64,000 nucleotides of DNA from Eledone cirrhosa (Eukaryota). Under the pieces are notes generated by a model. It saw only the letters and a program-made list of their open reading frames with translations. It was not told the DNA's origin and did not search any database. Below are positions 28,151 through 42,252 of the stretch, one piece after another; the stretch's first letter is position 1, and every line of letters starts with the position of its first letter. The position numbers and the translations under genes are program-made. The DNA lies in the NCBI GenBank assembly GCA_964016885.1, contig OZ024743.1, positions 288,858,001-288,922,000 of the forward strand. Reading direction: 5' to 3'.

Positions 28151-28223
<73 letters not shown>

Positions 28224-28718
28224 GGTGTACCCAAAGCCTTTTCCTGGGCATTCGTGACTGTTTGAAGTTAGGGTGATAGGAAAGTAACCTCAAATCTGAC
28301 ATTTGGTCAGAATACTTGCATCAGAGTGTACTCTATTAATGGCATCGAATATTGGGGTGGTGATGTTAAACTGGATGGCTGAGAGAGTCTATCACCAAAG
28401 TAGATCACAGCGTGATTTGGACGCAGAACCCAAATAGGCTGTACATCTAAAACCAGACTATGACATCTGTAATATATTTAGTGGAGAAATTTAGATTAAA
28501 TGAATATATTTGAAATTACCCATACTATCAGAAGTGTTATAAATATTTGTGAAAAATAAAGATTCAGATTTTTTTTGCGCAAAGCATATTCTACTCAGCT
28601 GGCTGGACGTACAAATGATCAATATATATCTGTACACACACACATGCACACACAGACACGGACGCAGACACACACACACACATATATATATATAAATATA
28701 TGTAAATACATATATGTG

Positions 28719-28830
<112 letters not shown>

Positions 28831-29429
28831 GTGTGAGAGAGAGAGTAACTAAGAACGCTGATTAAGGTAAAACAGATCTCCACAAATAACAGCTCATACA
28901 TTGGAAGCACTGTCCGTAAACTACATATCCGGAATAATAAAGATATGCACAGGGATGCTTCTGTTACAAAACACCTACAGAGATGTTAGGTTAAAGGCAT
29001 ATACGTTACCATATTGACCAACAAATGAAGTATCGGAAATTTGCATCTCAAAGAGGCTGTTCAGATCTGTAGAACGACGTCCACTACAAACAGCAGGCTA
29101 AACAGCATGAAACCGATTGCCTATTGGGAGTAACCCACTCTACGAAATTCTCTAACATTACGATCCGAATATTGCGCAATAAAACGCCATTAGCCGGCAA
29201 CAACAAACCTCATTTCTTTTCTCTTGAAAAGGGGTCATAATTACGGAATATCATGAGATATAATATAAAAGTTTAAACTGCTATTTTGTTTTGTTTTTCT
29301 AATGTTTCTTTACTACACTTGTCATTTCTGTATTTCGATATTTTATTATATTGACTTTCCCAAAGCAATCGTTACCATCTAAATAAATGGCATACTTAAT
29401 ATTATGAAATAAATTATTTGAGTCCATGT

Positions 29430-31490
29430 TTTGTAAAAGTTCTATATCATCCTCACAACCATAAATACAAGCACTACCACAAGCAAACTAACAGTCACAA
29501 CTATCATCATCATCATAACCATCATTCCTATTATGATGATGCTCATCCTTATCATCACCTTCATGACCATCAATTTCTTCACCATGAACATCTTCAACAT
29601 AATAATAAGTATCACTATCTCTACGGTTAAACGAATAACCCGCTACCACCACGGCCAACAACAGCTCCAGCACTATCTCCTCCGTCACAACTAAGGCCAT
29701 AACACCCATTACCAACACGGTTAAACTGAGAAAACATTGCTCAGTCACCACCAACATCGCCACCATCACCCCCACTGTCACAATAACCACTGCCATCGTT
29801 ATAAACACCTCCATCAACACCAGCAGCAGGTTCAATATAGGCTCCATGGTCATAATCCCCACTACGCCGAATACTTTTATCGCCAACACTTCCACCATTG
29901 GTATCACTTTTAACAACGACGACCAACACCTCCAACTCCATGTCCACCATCACTAATACTGTTCAATTCAGCACAACCACCATGACTATAAACACCATCA
30001 CTATAAACCTCTATCACCATTACAACTACTGTCATATCCGGCGCTGCCTGAACCACCACAACCACCACCATCACCACCATCACCACCACCACCACCACCA
30101 CCATCACTACAACCACCACCACCATCACTACAACCACCACCATCACCACCATCACCACCACAACCACAACTACCACCACCACCATCACCACCACCACCAC
30201 CGCCACCATCACCACCATCACCCCCACCCCCACCATCACCACCACAAACACAACCACCACCACCACCACCACCACCACCACCACAACCACAATCACAATC
30301 ACAACCACCACCACCACCACCACCACCACCACTGTTATAAACAACACTACAAACAACACACCCACCTCCATCTACACCGAAACCGCCATCATCACTGTCA
30401 TCATAACCATCTCGAGCGCCAAAACCACCAGCACCAACACCACCACCACGAGCACCACCACCACCTGTAACAAGATCCGTCAGTTTAGAAAGACCCAGAA
30501 TTGTCTCTCGCCTCTAGCTTCAGCCGAACCACATTAAATCATAAAGAGTAAGGTAGGAGGTTGATGGTGGTTCTAGTGGTTGTGGTGATGGTGGTTGTAG
30601 TTCTGCTGATAGTAGTGGTTGTGGTGATAGTGGTTGCAGTTGTGGTGATTGTGGTTGTGGTTGCGGTGGTTGTAGTGGTTGTGGTTACGGTGGTTGTAGT
30701 TGTGGTGATTGTAATTGTAGTTGTTATAGTTGTAGTGACTGTTGTGGTTGTGGTGATAGTAGTTGCAACTGGTGTGGTGGCTGTAGTTGTGGATGTTGTG
30801 ACGGGGGTTGCAACTGTTGTGGTGATTGTAGTGTTTATTGTGATGGGAGTTGGAACTGTTGTGGTGGTTGTAGCAGTGGTTGTTTTGGTTGTGATGTCTG
30901 TGGTTGTTGTAGTGTTTGTGATTGTGACAGTTTTACTGATTGAGCCTAGATGTTTCTTCTGGCTATGGTGATGGTGGTTGTAATGGTTTTAAGGATAGTG
31001 GTTGCTACGGTTGAGATATTAGTACTTGATATGACAGTAGTAGTTATGGTGCTTCATGTGGTAGCGGTTGTCGTCATTGTGGTAATGGTAGTTGTACTGA
31101 TTGTGTGATGATGGTTGTGCTGACAGTAGTGGCACTATTATTGGTAAATGTCGCAGTTGTGGTGGTAGTGTGGGGTATCGTAGTTGCGGTAGCAGTGCTT
31201 ACTGTAGTGGTTATAGCGATAGTGATTGTCGTAGAGGTATTGAAGTAAGTAATGAAGATGTTATTAGCGGTCGTGGTGCTTGTGGTTATGGTGATTTTAT
31301 TGGTAGTGAAGTTGATGATAATTGTTGTGATAGTGGTAATGCTTGTTATAGTTATGATGATGGTGGTGATGATGCTGATTAGGAAGTAGCTGATATTGGT
31401 GTTGATGTTGAAGATATGATTAGTGTTGTTGGTTGTGCTGGCGATGTAAGTACTGCCAGTGATAGTGGTGGTGCTGATCATGTTGATGGT
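29430..31490. repeat. Trinucleotide low-complexity tract, (CAC)n-rich then (GTG/GTT)n-rich
   Basis: Directly visible; the strand bias flips at about 30470-30560. Confidence 0.85.
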
Positions 31491-32574
31491 TTTTGGCGTG
31501 AATATAATTCACTTATCAACCAATTTAAAATAATGGCATTGGAAAATTTCCCAAGGGTGTCTTCTGCATGAAGGACAAATAGTTAAGTGCAGGCAAAGCT
31601 AAAATATTTTTTAATCAATTGAAATTAGAAGAGTAATGAGGACAGGCATCAAAGAAAATTACTCAAAAGAAGCAAGGGAGAGAACACTTGATGTTTCAAT
31701 GGAGATAAGAAAGAGGGCCATAAGCCTTATATTTGGTAGCTATGGCGATAAATCTGGACATGTTTCAATTTTATGTTTCCTTCTCAGAGAAGCATAAGTA
31801 TTATATATATATATATATATATATACATATATATACATATATATATATACACATACATGATGGCTGCCAAGTCGTTTTCGAGTACGGCCACTACCGATGC
31901 GCTGAACGAGTGTGACTTTTTAGTCCAGCCAGCGATTTGAAAACTCTGGTACAAACACTACACTTGTGACAATTATTGACACATAGTGCTGGGGCCATGG
32001 TACCATGTGACGACAAGTGCAGAGAGATCTCCAGATATAAAGCAATGCCTGTGCCGTGAAGCTTTTATAGTGAGCAAAGGCACTGCACAAAGCCAGTCCC
32101 ACTCCCTTAACCAAGATGATATTTACCAAAAAGAACAAGTCAACTTTATTGGATACCATACATACATACATACATACATACATACATACATACATACATA
32201 CATACATACATACATACATACTTACATACACACACACACATATATATATATATATAGTTCTTTTTTCTCCTCTTGCATTATTTCCTCTCTTTTCTCTCAC
32301 CCCATTTTCATTCTCTAAATCTACACTATATCCCCCCAAAATACAACCAGCCAAAACAAAGAACGACATAATGCTCTAACTGGATGAGAAATGTTTCTTT
32401 AAAAGCGATAGCGGATATCACCTTTATTAGCGAACCAAGAGTCTGATGAGCTTTTGATTAGATTCGGCCCCGATCGATACAAATCTAACCTTCAGTGCTC
32501 AATCACGAAACGAGTGCCACACCTGAATATACTTAATCATGATACTCTGACACCTCGTTCTCACCCATTTTTAA

Positions 32575-32666
<92 letters not shown>

Positions 32667-33700
32667 TGTTTTAGGTAATTTTTGTTTTATGTATAAATAG
32701 ACGAAAGATCTATTGTTTGTCTTATGCCCATTTGTTACTGTCACATGTACACCGGAGCTATGTTTCGACCGACATTGATAAAAATCAACCTACTTTAATT
32801 AAAAACACTTATAATCACTTAAAATTGTTTCTGGTATTTTGTGAAATGAATTCGTCTAAGTGTCGCAAACGATCAACTTGTTTTCCTGAATGAACAGACT
32901 TCGAGCGAATCATACACGAGATACCTTCTTCAGAGTGTGTATGAACTTATTTTAATTTATAGTCAGATAAACCATTAACTCACATCAAGCAATAGAAATC
33001 AACGAAACCATTGAGAAACTGCCTCTTTCCGTGGCTGCAAATTTCAATCAATTAGTGTCTCTTTAGTCTCCTTTCAAATTTGATTGTATAATTCCACTTT
33101 TGTTATATATATATCCATGGAACAATTTAAATAGAACAACAAAGTGTTCAATCTTTCCAGTACCGTAAGGGCTGGGAAGATCATGTGTAACGGCAGTTCT
33201 TTCGAACCTCCCGCCCCACCAAAAAAAAAAAAAAAAAAAAAAAAAATAGACAAACACTAATCTAAACGCCATTGTCATTTTTCCGGCGTCGATAAAATAA
33301 TGCACTGCATAGAAAATCGGTGTAGGTGTATCGATTGAATCATCTTTTCACTTTTTTTACACGACGACGACGACCACTACAATCACAACCTCCACCAGCA
33401 TGAATACTACCACAACCACGATCACGACCATCACCTCCCCAAAATCCACAACCACGGCTACAACTACTTTACGACAATTTTCTAGCCTTGTTCAAATGTA
33501 AGAAATCTTCAATTATTACTGTAAGTTGGGTTGCAATGCTCTGCCCGTTGTAAAAGAGCATTTCCGTTTGTAAAACTGTAATAATAAAAACCTGTGTGGA
33601 GTTGTACACATAGTATGGTACATACATATAAACGTATTGTAAATACCTCCCCCTCTCTTCGTCCCTGTCTCATCTTTATCCCTACAATCTCTCTCTCTCT

Positions 33701-33743
<43 letters not shown>

Positions 33744-33803
33744 TTGTAGGGATAAAAATGAGACAGAGACGGAGAGAGGGGGAGCTATTTACAATGATAT
33801 GTT

Positions 33804-33844
<41 letters not shown>

Positions 33845-33845
33845 T

Positions 33846-33880
<35 letters not shown>

Positions 33881-33993
33881 GAAAAAAATGAAACTAAATT
33901 TCATTTCTCACTCTTAGTACGGTTGTTACTTAAATATAAGTATGTATACGTATGCATACTACTGTACGTCTGTATACATATATGTATGTACGT

Positions 33994-34060
<67 letters not shown>

Positions 34061-34644
34061 TTATTCTTTCTTTACAGACACAGACACAGACACACACACA
34101 TATATATATATACAGAGAGAGAGCGAGGAGGAGAGGTATATGGAGTGGGTGAGAGTGTGCGAGAGAGTAAGTGAGAAGAAGAAAGATAAAGAGAGGAGTG
34201 GAAGAAGGAAGAGAGCGAGCAGAAATATTGAGATGGACAGACGTTTGATTGCTAAAAGACAATGTATCACAGATGGCGTAATCTGATATTCCGTTAATAC
34301 AGAACAGGAATTAGAAATCACATGTGATATCATATTTTAGTAACAACGTTTATGTATGTGGAAATTACATACATACTCATATTCACTTTTTTATTTGATT
34401 CCAACAACATAGCGTAGCAAAATCGCACACATACACATATATATATATGAAGATCGTAATACATAGTCGAGCTTCACACAACCCGCCTTGTATAGAAATA
34501 AATTCTCCTATCTATCTACATACTCTCTCACTTTAATTCTTTATATATATACGTATATATATATATATATATATAGAAGTGGTAACACAACAGTTAGTTC
34601 ATCATACCGAGAACAATTGTTTCACCTTAGCGTATCTTCATATA

Positions 34645-34771
34645 TATGTTGATGCCCTAAGGACAGACACTGGTCTGTTGGAGACGCAGGACATGGTAGC
34701 AATAATGAGGGACAGAGACCGCTGGAGAGAACTCGTCCATGGATCTCGGGAATTTTACCCGCCCTAGAAAA

Positions 34772-34780
<9 letters not shown>
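34645..34780 (+). mobile_element. RTE-like LINE extreme 3' end
   Basis: YVDALRTDTGLLETQDMVAIMRDRDRWRELV followed by a stop and an A tract. Confidence 0.65.
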
Positions 34781-34803
<23 letters not shown>

Positions 34804-34971
34804 AATAACATTAATAAAGATGCTGATGTTATATATATATATATGCATATGTGTGCGTTTGTGTGGTTGTGTGTGTGATTGTGTGTGTGTGTGTATGTGT
34901 TTTATATGGGAATATATTAATTAGAATGTTTGTTATATTACTAAACCCATCTAAAATCTTGATTATTTAAA

Positions 34972-35515
34972 TAATTGTTTCTACTTTTGGGACAAGGCCA
35001 GCAATTACTCAGTACATTACTGGTACTTTATTTTATCGACCCCGTAACGATGAAAGGCAAAGTTAACCTTGGCGTGATTTGAACTCAGATCATAAAGAGC
35101 CGTAACTCATTGCCGCAAAGCATGGCGTCTGACTCTCTACCGATACTGCCAATCCACCGCCTTTATTATTTAAATAATTGTTTCTACTTTAGGCACAAGG
35201 CCAGCAATTACCCAGTGCATTACTGGTACTTTATTTTATCGACCCCCGTAAGGATGAAAGGCAAAGTCAACCTCGGCGAGATTTGAACTCATTATTTAAA
35301 TAATGGTTTCTGATTTAGGCACAAGGCCAGCAAGTTTGACAGAAGAGGAATGTCGATTAAATGGGTCTCGGTGCTTGACTGGCACTTAATTTTAACGATC
35401 CAGTTAGAATGAAAGGCAAAGCTAATATCGGCGGGATTTGACCTCAGAACGCAAAGGGCTGTAACTCTATACTGCGAAGCATGTTGTCCGACGCTCTACC
35501 GATAGTGCCAATGCA
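34972..35515 (-). mobile_element. Three tandem SINEs
   Basis: Copies at about 34972-35160, 35173-35290 and 35300-35515. Confidence 0.85.
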
Positions 35516-35950
35516 ACAATAATTTGAAAATACAGGCAGTGTCTTTCATTAGAAATAGGGTAAAAAAAGAGTTAGGTGTACCACAGGAGATTGTATCTAT
35601 CGTTCACGATTAAGTCAACCACCTAATATTAAGTTATTATTCAAGATTAAATCCCTTACCTGACTCAAGATTAAGTCAACGACGCAAGCTTAAGTTTACT
35701 TCTCAAGATAAATTCACCTCCAACGTAACGATTATGTCTGTATGCATTCGTACATTAAAACGCGTAAAGAGTGATGTCTATGTTGTTTTGTCCTTACTGT
35801 ACGTCACCCATGACTGAGCAGAAAAAGGATCAGATGTACTTCACCTTTGAGAATTCCGTCTTTTCAGACTCACTCAATCGATGACTGAATTTTATTTTGT
35901 ATCCTTGTTAGTTAATCTGGTAGTCAGTAACTGTAAGGAAGTCCGTAGTG

Positions 35951-35990
<40 letters not shown>

Positions 35991-37666
35991 CGTGTGTGTG
36001 CGCGTGTGTGTGTGTATGCGTGTCTGTTTTATTGCATCTTCATTTTGACACCGTTTAGAGCAAACGATTGTTTTTTTTTAATCTACGTACATTTTTGCCA
36101 ACAGAGAGAGAGCCGGTTTCTAACATAGATACAAGACTCTCTCAATGGAATTTACACATCAACTAGGTAGATATGTATGCATGTCTGCATGCATATGTGT
36201 GCAGGTATGGATGTTATTGTATGTGTGTATGTATGTATGTAGATATGGACATATATATCTCCAATAACATTTGTTCTATACCTACCTAATCGGAGCAATA
36301 TAGTTGATATTCATCTTATTTGACCTTTTTATTGTTGTTATTGGCGTTGTTGATATTTTTTGCTGCCGTTGCTTTTGTGGCTGTTTTCGTTTCCATCGGG
36401 TTTCTGTTACCGTTGCTATTATTGTGGTTGGTTTTGTTCTTGTTGTAGTTCCTAGTGTTCTTGTGGTGCTGTTGTGAGTATTGTCGTTGTTTTTGTTATA
36501 CTTTGTTTCTTTCTTACCACGATTGTTATAACAATAATGAAATACGTCGGTTTATAAGAAGTATGGAAAAAAATTAAGAAAGAATAATAATGATTTCCTC
36601 AAAACGGAAGTAAATAAAATATGAAAATAAATTATGCTAAACTGTCAGATTTAATTTAGCACTTCAATCATAGCGGAATTTCTATTTTATATTTTTATTT
36701 TATATATTTTTTCTTTTTATTTCATTTTATCATATTTCATTTTTTATTATTCCTTTCTGGTTTGGTTATGTTTTATTTTGGGTTCTTTGTTTTAATTTTT
36801 GTTTGTTTGTTTGTTGTTGTAGTTAAGAGGGCAAAAGTTTAGACCTGGCAGTGATAAATTAAACTATAAATATTTTATAGTCTTATTCTAATTTAAAATG
36901 ATGTATCTGACAGATGAATTGATCTGCAGCTTCTTTTACTGTATAATTAACTTTCAACTTCTCATATACTGACATATATAGACAGACCAATGGAATTAGA
37001 TATATTTGAGAAGACGTATCAAGTCCGTTTCAATCGAATGTATAAATATGGCAGTTAGAATTGTGCTCTAGTTTCTCATTTACAGAGTTGCTTTTAATTC
37101 TAAGTTGCCTATAGTTATAGACACATGAATATGGAGAGAGTGATATGTTTGCGTATGAGTTTTCCTACCCTTCCTTCTCATAGTTTCACAATGAGGTGAA
37201 TAAAAACGAGGTCGGCTAGTTTTAGGTATTTATGACTTTAACACTTTACAGCAAATGACAGTAAGGTAGCCTAGTTGTGGTGGAAAGCGAGTAGCATTTT
37301 TAATAGGCGACTCTTTGAGTCTAACGTATACATAAATATTGGTGGAAATCTAACTGTGCTAGAACATCAGGGTCTATGAAACTGACTTAAGAGTTAATAT
37401 ATTTTTTGTGTTTAGGTGCAGTTAAACCAACAGTGGGATCCCCTGCACCGACAGTAATGCCTAGCTGTATCGGCCTTCGCCTTTTCAGTGGTTAATAATG
37501 TTTACTTGGGTGATGAGGGGAGGCGTGCATGCATGGGGGTCTAGTGGTTCAACGAATTTTCCTTCTATATCAAAAGTTAAACTAATATAGCATTGAATTC
37601 TCCTGAGTTATTTTTCCTTGTTCATTTACTCTGATATACATACATATACATATTTATATATATATA

Positions 37667-37726
<60 letters not shown>

Positions 37727-37919
37727 TAAAAACAATGAATAAAAACAAAGAAACAGTTCCTTATATTAAAAAATTCATCATTTTACGATCGTTTCTAGGA
37801 TATATATGTGTGTGTTGGTATGTATATCATATAGATCTATGTATAAATTTTACAAACTATCAGAGGGAATATACATACCTACACATATATATGCTGTCTT
37901 CAGAAATAATATCTATATA

Positions 37920-38018
<99 letters not shown>

Positions 38019-38683
38019 AGTGGCGGACTGGGTCTAAAAATATTGGTGCCAGGAGATGAAGGGGCCCCACCTACATATAGAATGCTATCATTTAATTTTT
38101 ATAATGAATAAATAACATTTTCCAAAAATACTAAAGTGGAAACAAAACAGTGCAATCAATTTTTTGTGTAAAAATATTGTACCTTCTCCAATAAAAAATA
38201 TCGTGTATCTTGCGAAATCCAGAGACTTTCAAGTCGACCCTAAATAGTACTAATAGCTCTAGGAAAGCCATGAATGACACCACATCTTTTTAACTTTGAT
38301 ATTGAAAGTAGTTTTATAATTATCAATTTCCATTATACTTTTGTAAAATCTCGGTGGCCTAGTTGGAGGAATCACGGTAGTGATCCTGGTCTGGAGTAGG
38401 GTTCTCAGTAAACATTTTCAGTTTTTTTTTATTGGTTGTAAAAACTGAAAAAGCTTACATGCCACCTCTTGACCAGGATTGGACCCAAGGTCAGGATCTC
38501 CATGAAAATTCATTCTTATAAACATACTTTCAAAACAAAATGCTGTGGTGTCGTTCATGTCTTTCTTAATGTTATTGCTCCTACTTATGGTCGACTTCTA
38601 AATCCTTTGTTTCTCATCTATCTAGATTACATTTTAACCTGCAATCCATGTTTCATTTCTGTTGCACCTCATTTCTCCCCGCC

Positions 38684-38801
38684 CACCTCTCCATCTCTCT
38701 TTCTCTCTGTGATATTTGAATCTACTATGATTTGGGCTTACCTTATTCATATATATATATGTTTTTGCATGTCAGTTAGATTCAATCTTATTAAAATTGG
38801 C

Positions 38802-38804
<3 letters not shown>
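38684..38804. repeat. Inverted repeat arm (partner 39975-40097)
   Basis: The two arms are reverse complements, differing only in the length of an internal TA run. Confidence 0.92.
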
Positions 38805-38854
<50 letters not shown>

Positions 38855-39095
38855 CAATATATTTAGAAACACACAGATACATGCGGACACACACATATAT
38901 ACATGAATGCATCCGCACCCAACTGTGAGTTAAGGGTGCCAACTTCACCGATGTTGCTCAATGAATGACTGGGACAGACCAATTCAGTTTAACTAGACTG
39001 AACCAGTATCAGAGTTAAAAATACATTATGAAGAGAGAAGAAACATTTAGATATAATTAGTAACAAAATGTATCATACCTAAACTGCTCCTAAAT

Positions 39096-39185
39096 TCCTC
39101 GACTACGTAGTTTCGTGGCATAAACAAAAACAATATATCATAAAGATATAGAGTCCTTGCGAGGTCTGCCGACTTATCAAGAGGA
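39096..39185 (-). ncRNA. Hammerhead ribozyme, U3-A8 variant
   Basis: Reverse complement of the 39788-39877 motif. Confidence 0.75.
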
Positions 39186-39787
39186 TACCTCATTTTACTA
39201 GTCTCAAGAACGCGTCTACACGACGTGAGAAAGAATCCCAAACGGCGGAGGGGGAGATAGTCACGCGATATAACGGTCGAGAAACAGAGCTAAGCCTCTT
39301 ATAACCCCGAAGAAAATACCACGGAGGCGGAGGGGGTATTTATATCGAGGCCGTAGAAGAGGTGGTGAAGAAGGCGAGAAGTATGAGTAATGGAAGCTTT
39401 CCAGCTGTCCCCACACTTCAAAGATTGCTCGACCAGAGGGAGTTATTAACAATATATTTAGAAACACACAGATACATGCGAACACACACATATATACATG
39501 AATGCATCCGCACCCAACTGTGAGTTAAGGGTGCCAACTTCACCGATGTTGCTCAATGAATGACTGGGACAGACCAATTCAGTTGAACTAGACTGAACCA
39601 GTATCAGAGTTAAAAATACATTATGAAGAGAGAAGAAACATTTAGATATAATTAGTAATAAAATGTATCATACCTAAACTGCTCCCTGTTTCTCGACCGT
39701 TATATCGCGTGACTATCTCCCCCTCCGCCTTTTGGGATTCTTTCTCACGTCGTGTAGACGCGTTCTTGAGACTAGTAAAATGAGGTA

Positions 39788-39877
39788 TCCTCTTGATAAG
39801 TCGGCAGACCTCGCAAGGACTCTATATCTTTATGATATATTGTTTTTGTTTATGCCACGAAACTACGTAGTCGAGGA
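39788..39877 (+). ncRNA. Hammerhead ribozyme, U3-A8 variant
   Basis: tcctc TTGATAA gt(c)ggca...tgccac GAAAC tacgta GTC gagga, with the palindrome actacgtagt. Confidence 0.75.
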
Positions 39878-40097
39878 ATTTAGGAGCAGTTTAGGTATGA
39901 TACATTTTATTACTAATTATATCTAAATGTTTCTTCTCTCTTCATAATGTATATATATATATATATATATATATAATGCCAATTTTAATAAGATTGAATC
40001 TAACTGACATGCAAAAACATATATATATATATGAATAAGGTAAGCCCAAATCATAGTAGATTCAAATATCACAGAGAGAAAGAGAGATGGAGAGGTG

Positions 40098-41015
40098 CAC
40101 TACATCCACCGCCGGTCAAACCATCCTAGGAACATCACCAATAACCTGGTTAAAAACATCTCCCTCCGCATATCTCGTTTGTCCGCTAATGAGCAGATAT
40201 TCGACGAACATGCGCCTTATTATAACCAGGCCCTCAAGCGGAGTGGTTTCCGGGAGGAAATATCTTACTGTCCAGCTTCCATTAGCGGAACCAGCAGGCG
40301 ACACCGCCGCTCACGCAATGTAACATGGTTCAATCCTCCCCACAACGCCGAGGTGACAACTCCTATCGGAAAAATCTTCTTTAGGCTCATTGAAAAACAC
40401 TTCCCACTACAACACCGCTACCACAACATAATTAACAAAAATACTATCAAACTCTCCTACGGCACCACACCTAACTTCGCACAAAACATCGTCTCCTCTA
40501 ACAACAAAAAACTCAACCCCTATGGAAGAAATAACCTAAATAGCAGTGGAGAGCCGACCAGGAGGTGCAACTGTCCTGATGGATCCATTTTCCCCCTCGA
40601 CAACAGATGCAGAGATCGTAATGTGATCTACGAGTGCAACGTGAGGACGGACACCTTCAACAAAGCTTATATAGGATTAACCGCATGTGACTTCAAGACC
40701 CGGCTATACCAACACAGACATACCTTCCGAAACCCGGCCCGCCGTCACGCCACCACACTTTCGGGCCACATCTGGGACCTCAAGGATAACAATATTACCT
40801 ATGATCTCACTTGGAGCCTACTGTCCAGAGCCAACTCTTACAAGGGAGGACGCCGTCCGTGCAATTTATGCTCGGAGGAAACATTACAAATGCTGTTTTC
40901 GACGGACCAACTCCTAAACAAGAAAGATGAACTGGTAACTGCATGCAAACACAGATTACGCAGGACTTACCTCGCCCTCAAACCCCATAATGACCCGGGG
41001 GGGGGGTTAGACTAG
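40098..41015 (+). CDS. 5'-truncated PLE ORF: RT C-terminus, Cys-rich linker and GIY-YIG endonuclease (Neptune/Nematis-like)
   Basis: YIHRRSNHP, WFNPP, CNC..PL..C, VIY...YIG, FKTRLYQH, CNLC..E, LLN and CKH motifs. The frame is uninterrupted for about 305 codons and has no true start. Confidence 0.92.
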   Translation, partial: HYIHRRSNHPRNITNNLVKNISLRISRLSANEQIFDEHAPYYNQALKRSGFREEISYCPASISGTSRRHRRSRNVTWFNPPHNAEVTTPIGKIFFRLIEKHFPLQHRYHNIINKNTIKLSYGTTPNFAQNIVSSNNKKLNPYGRNNLNSSGEPTRRCNCPDGSIFPLDNRCRDRNVIYECNVRTDTFNKAYIGLTACDFKTRLYQHRHTFRNPARRHATTLSGHIWDLKDNNITYDLTWSLLSRANSYKGGRRPCNLCSEETLQMLFSTDQLLNKKDELVTACKHRLRRTYLALKPHNDPGGGLD

Positions 41016-42156
41016 GGCTGTAACACCCCACTTGCCGACTTTGTAATGGGTAACCCCTGCTTGCAAAGGTAGACGTAAAATCTTTTATATCTTTTTTATC
41101 GCTTCCTCTATATTTCCTTCTTCCCCCATCCCTCCCTAGTCCTTCCACCCCAGTCCTCTTTCTTTGTCGTCGTCCTTTTCACTTTCTCGCCCACCCGAGG
41201 CAGCCCCTCAGTCCTTTGTAGCCTCAGTTCCCCCACCCCTTCCCCTATTCTATGATAGAATTGGCCGACTCCGCTTTTTATAGCAGATGTGATAGACCCC
41301 GGATACTTGCCTTCTTATCCGATGGCTGCCCCTTTTCCGTGCTTTCTACATTTCTTAGTGGTATCTTTGCTTTATTTCTCGTATATCAGTATTTTTTTTT
41401 TTTTGGGGGGGGGGGGGTATTCTGAATTAATTCCGCCTCAAATTTTTCATATACTTCGTACGAGCATTTATGTAGTTTGCACTAGAATGTTTGAATCGTA
41501 GCGGCACCCTTAGAGATAGTATTAGTATTCTTTTTCGGGATTCTGAATTATTATTTCGTATTAGTTTATTTTTTGTACTGGGTGGTTGCTGGCCTTGTGC
41601 CTAGGGTAGAAACAATTATTTCGTATTAGTCTCGGGACTCTGAATTATTATTTCGTGGTAGTTTCTTTAGTATTTTGGCCCCCCCACTTGTTGACCCGTC
41701 ACCGTAAGATATACTCGGTTGATTACTACTACCTCTTAAAAGGGTCTCATTATAATTCCGTCCCACCTAGTAAACTTTTCTTTAGTCTAGCAGTACCAGT
41801 GAGAGACTTGATAGCTGTCCTTAGGAAATAGTAACCAGAAATTGTTTTTTTTTTTAATTTAATTGTTTTTTTAACATTCTCGGTATTTTTTCTATATATT
41901 TACCCCATATTGTTTTACTTATTATTTCGACTTCCTCCCCCTCCTCTCCCCCTCCCTAGTATACTTCCTTGACCTCCTGCACTGCTGTAGTTGGCACTAT
42001 CAACGCACGACTGGGTTTCCTCCGCCCCCTCTCCCTCTTTCTTCTACTGGCAAGTTCAGCTACCCCTTCCTTCCACAAATTGCCATGATAGAATTATGTG
42101 TCTCAACAAACTTTTGACCAATTCTTGTGACAATCACTTTTACCATATATGGAATT

Positions 42157-42252
42157 ACCCCCTGAGAAGCTCGGCTATTCATATACCAGGATAAACATTT
42201 TCATTTAGTCCAGAATTAGCCGTCGAAACGGCTTGAGCTCAGCCGTCGGGGT
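42157..42252 (+). ncRNA. Family B HHR with an altered core
   Basis: acccc CTGAGAA gct cggcta ttc...gaat tagccg tc GAAAC ggct tgagctc agcc GTC ggggt. Confidence 0.55.

Larger units (their letters stand above)
38853..39951. mobile_element. 595-bp unit element: 1.4 tandem copies plus an inverted partial copy, inserted in (TA)n
   Basis: 38853-39090 is repeated at 39448-39685. 39686-39951 is the reverse complement of about 39021-39287. Confidence 0.9.

Noticed and set aside
29898-31481. Poly-His, poly-Val and poly-Thr ORFs (also 25226-25642 and 27389-28009)
   Set aside because: Trinucleotide low-complexity DNA with no evidence of exons.
32441-32525. ctgatgag...cgaaac motif
   Set aside because: I could not build a convincing stem I, stem III or cleavage triplet.
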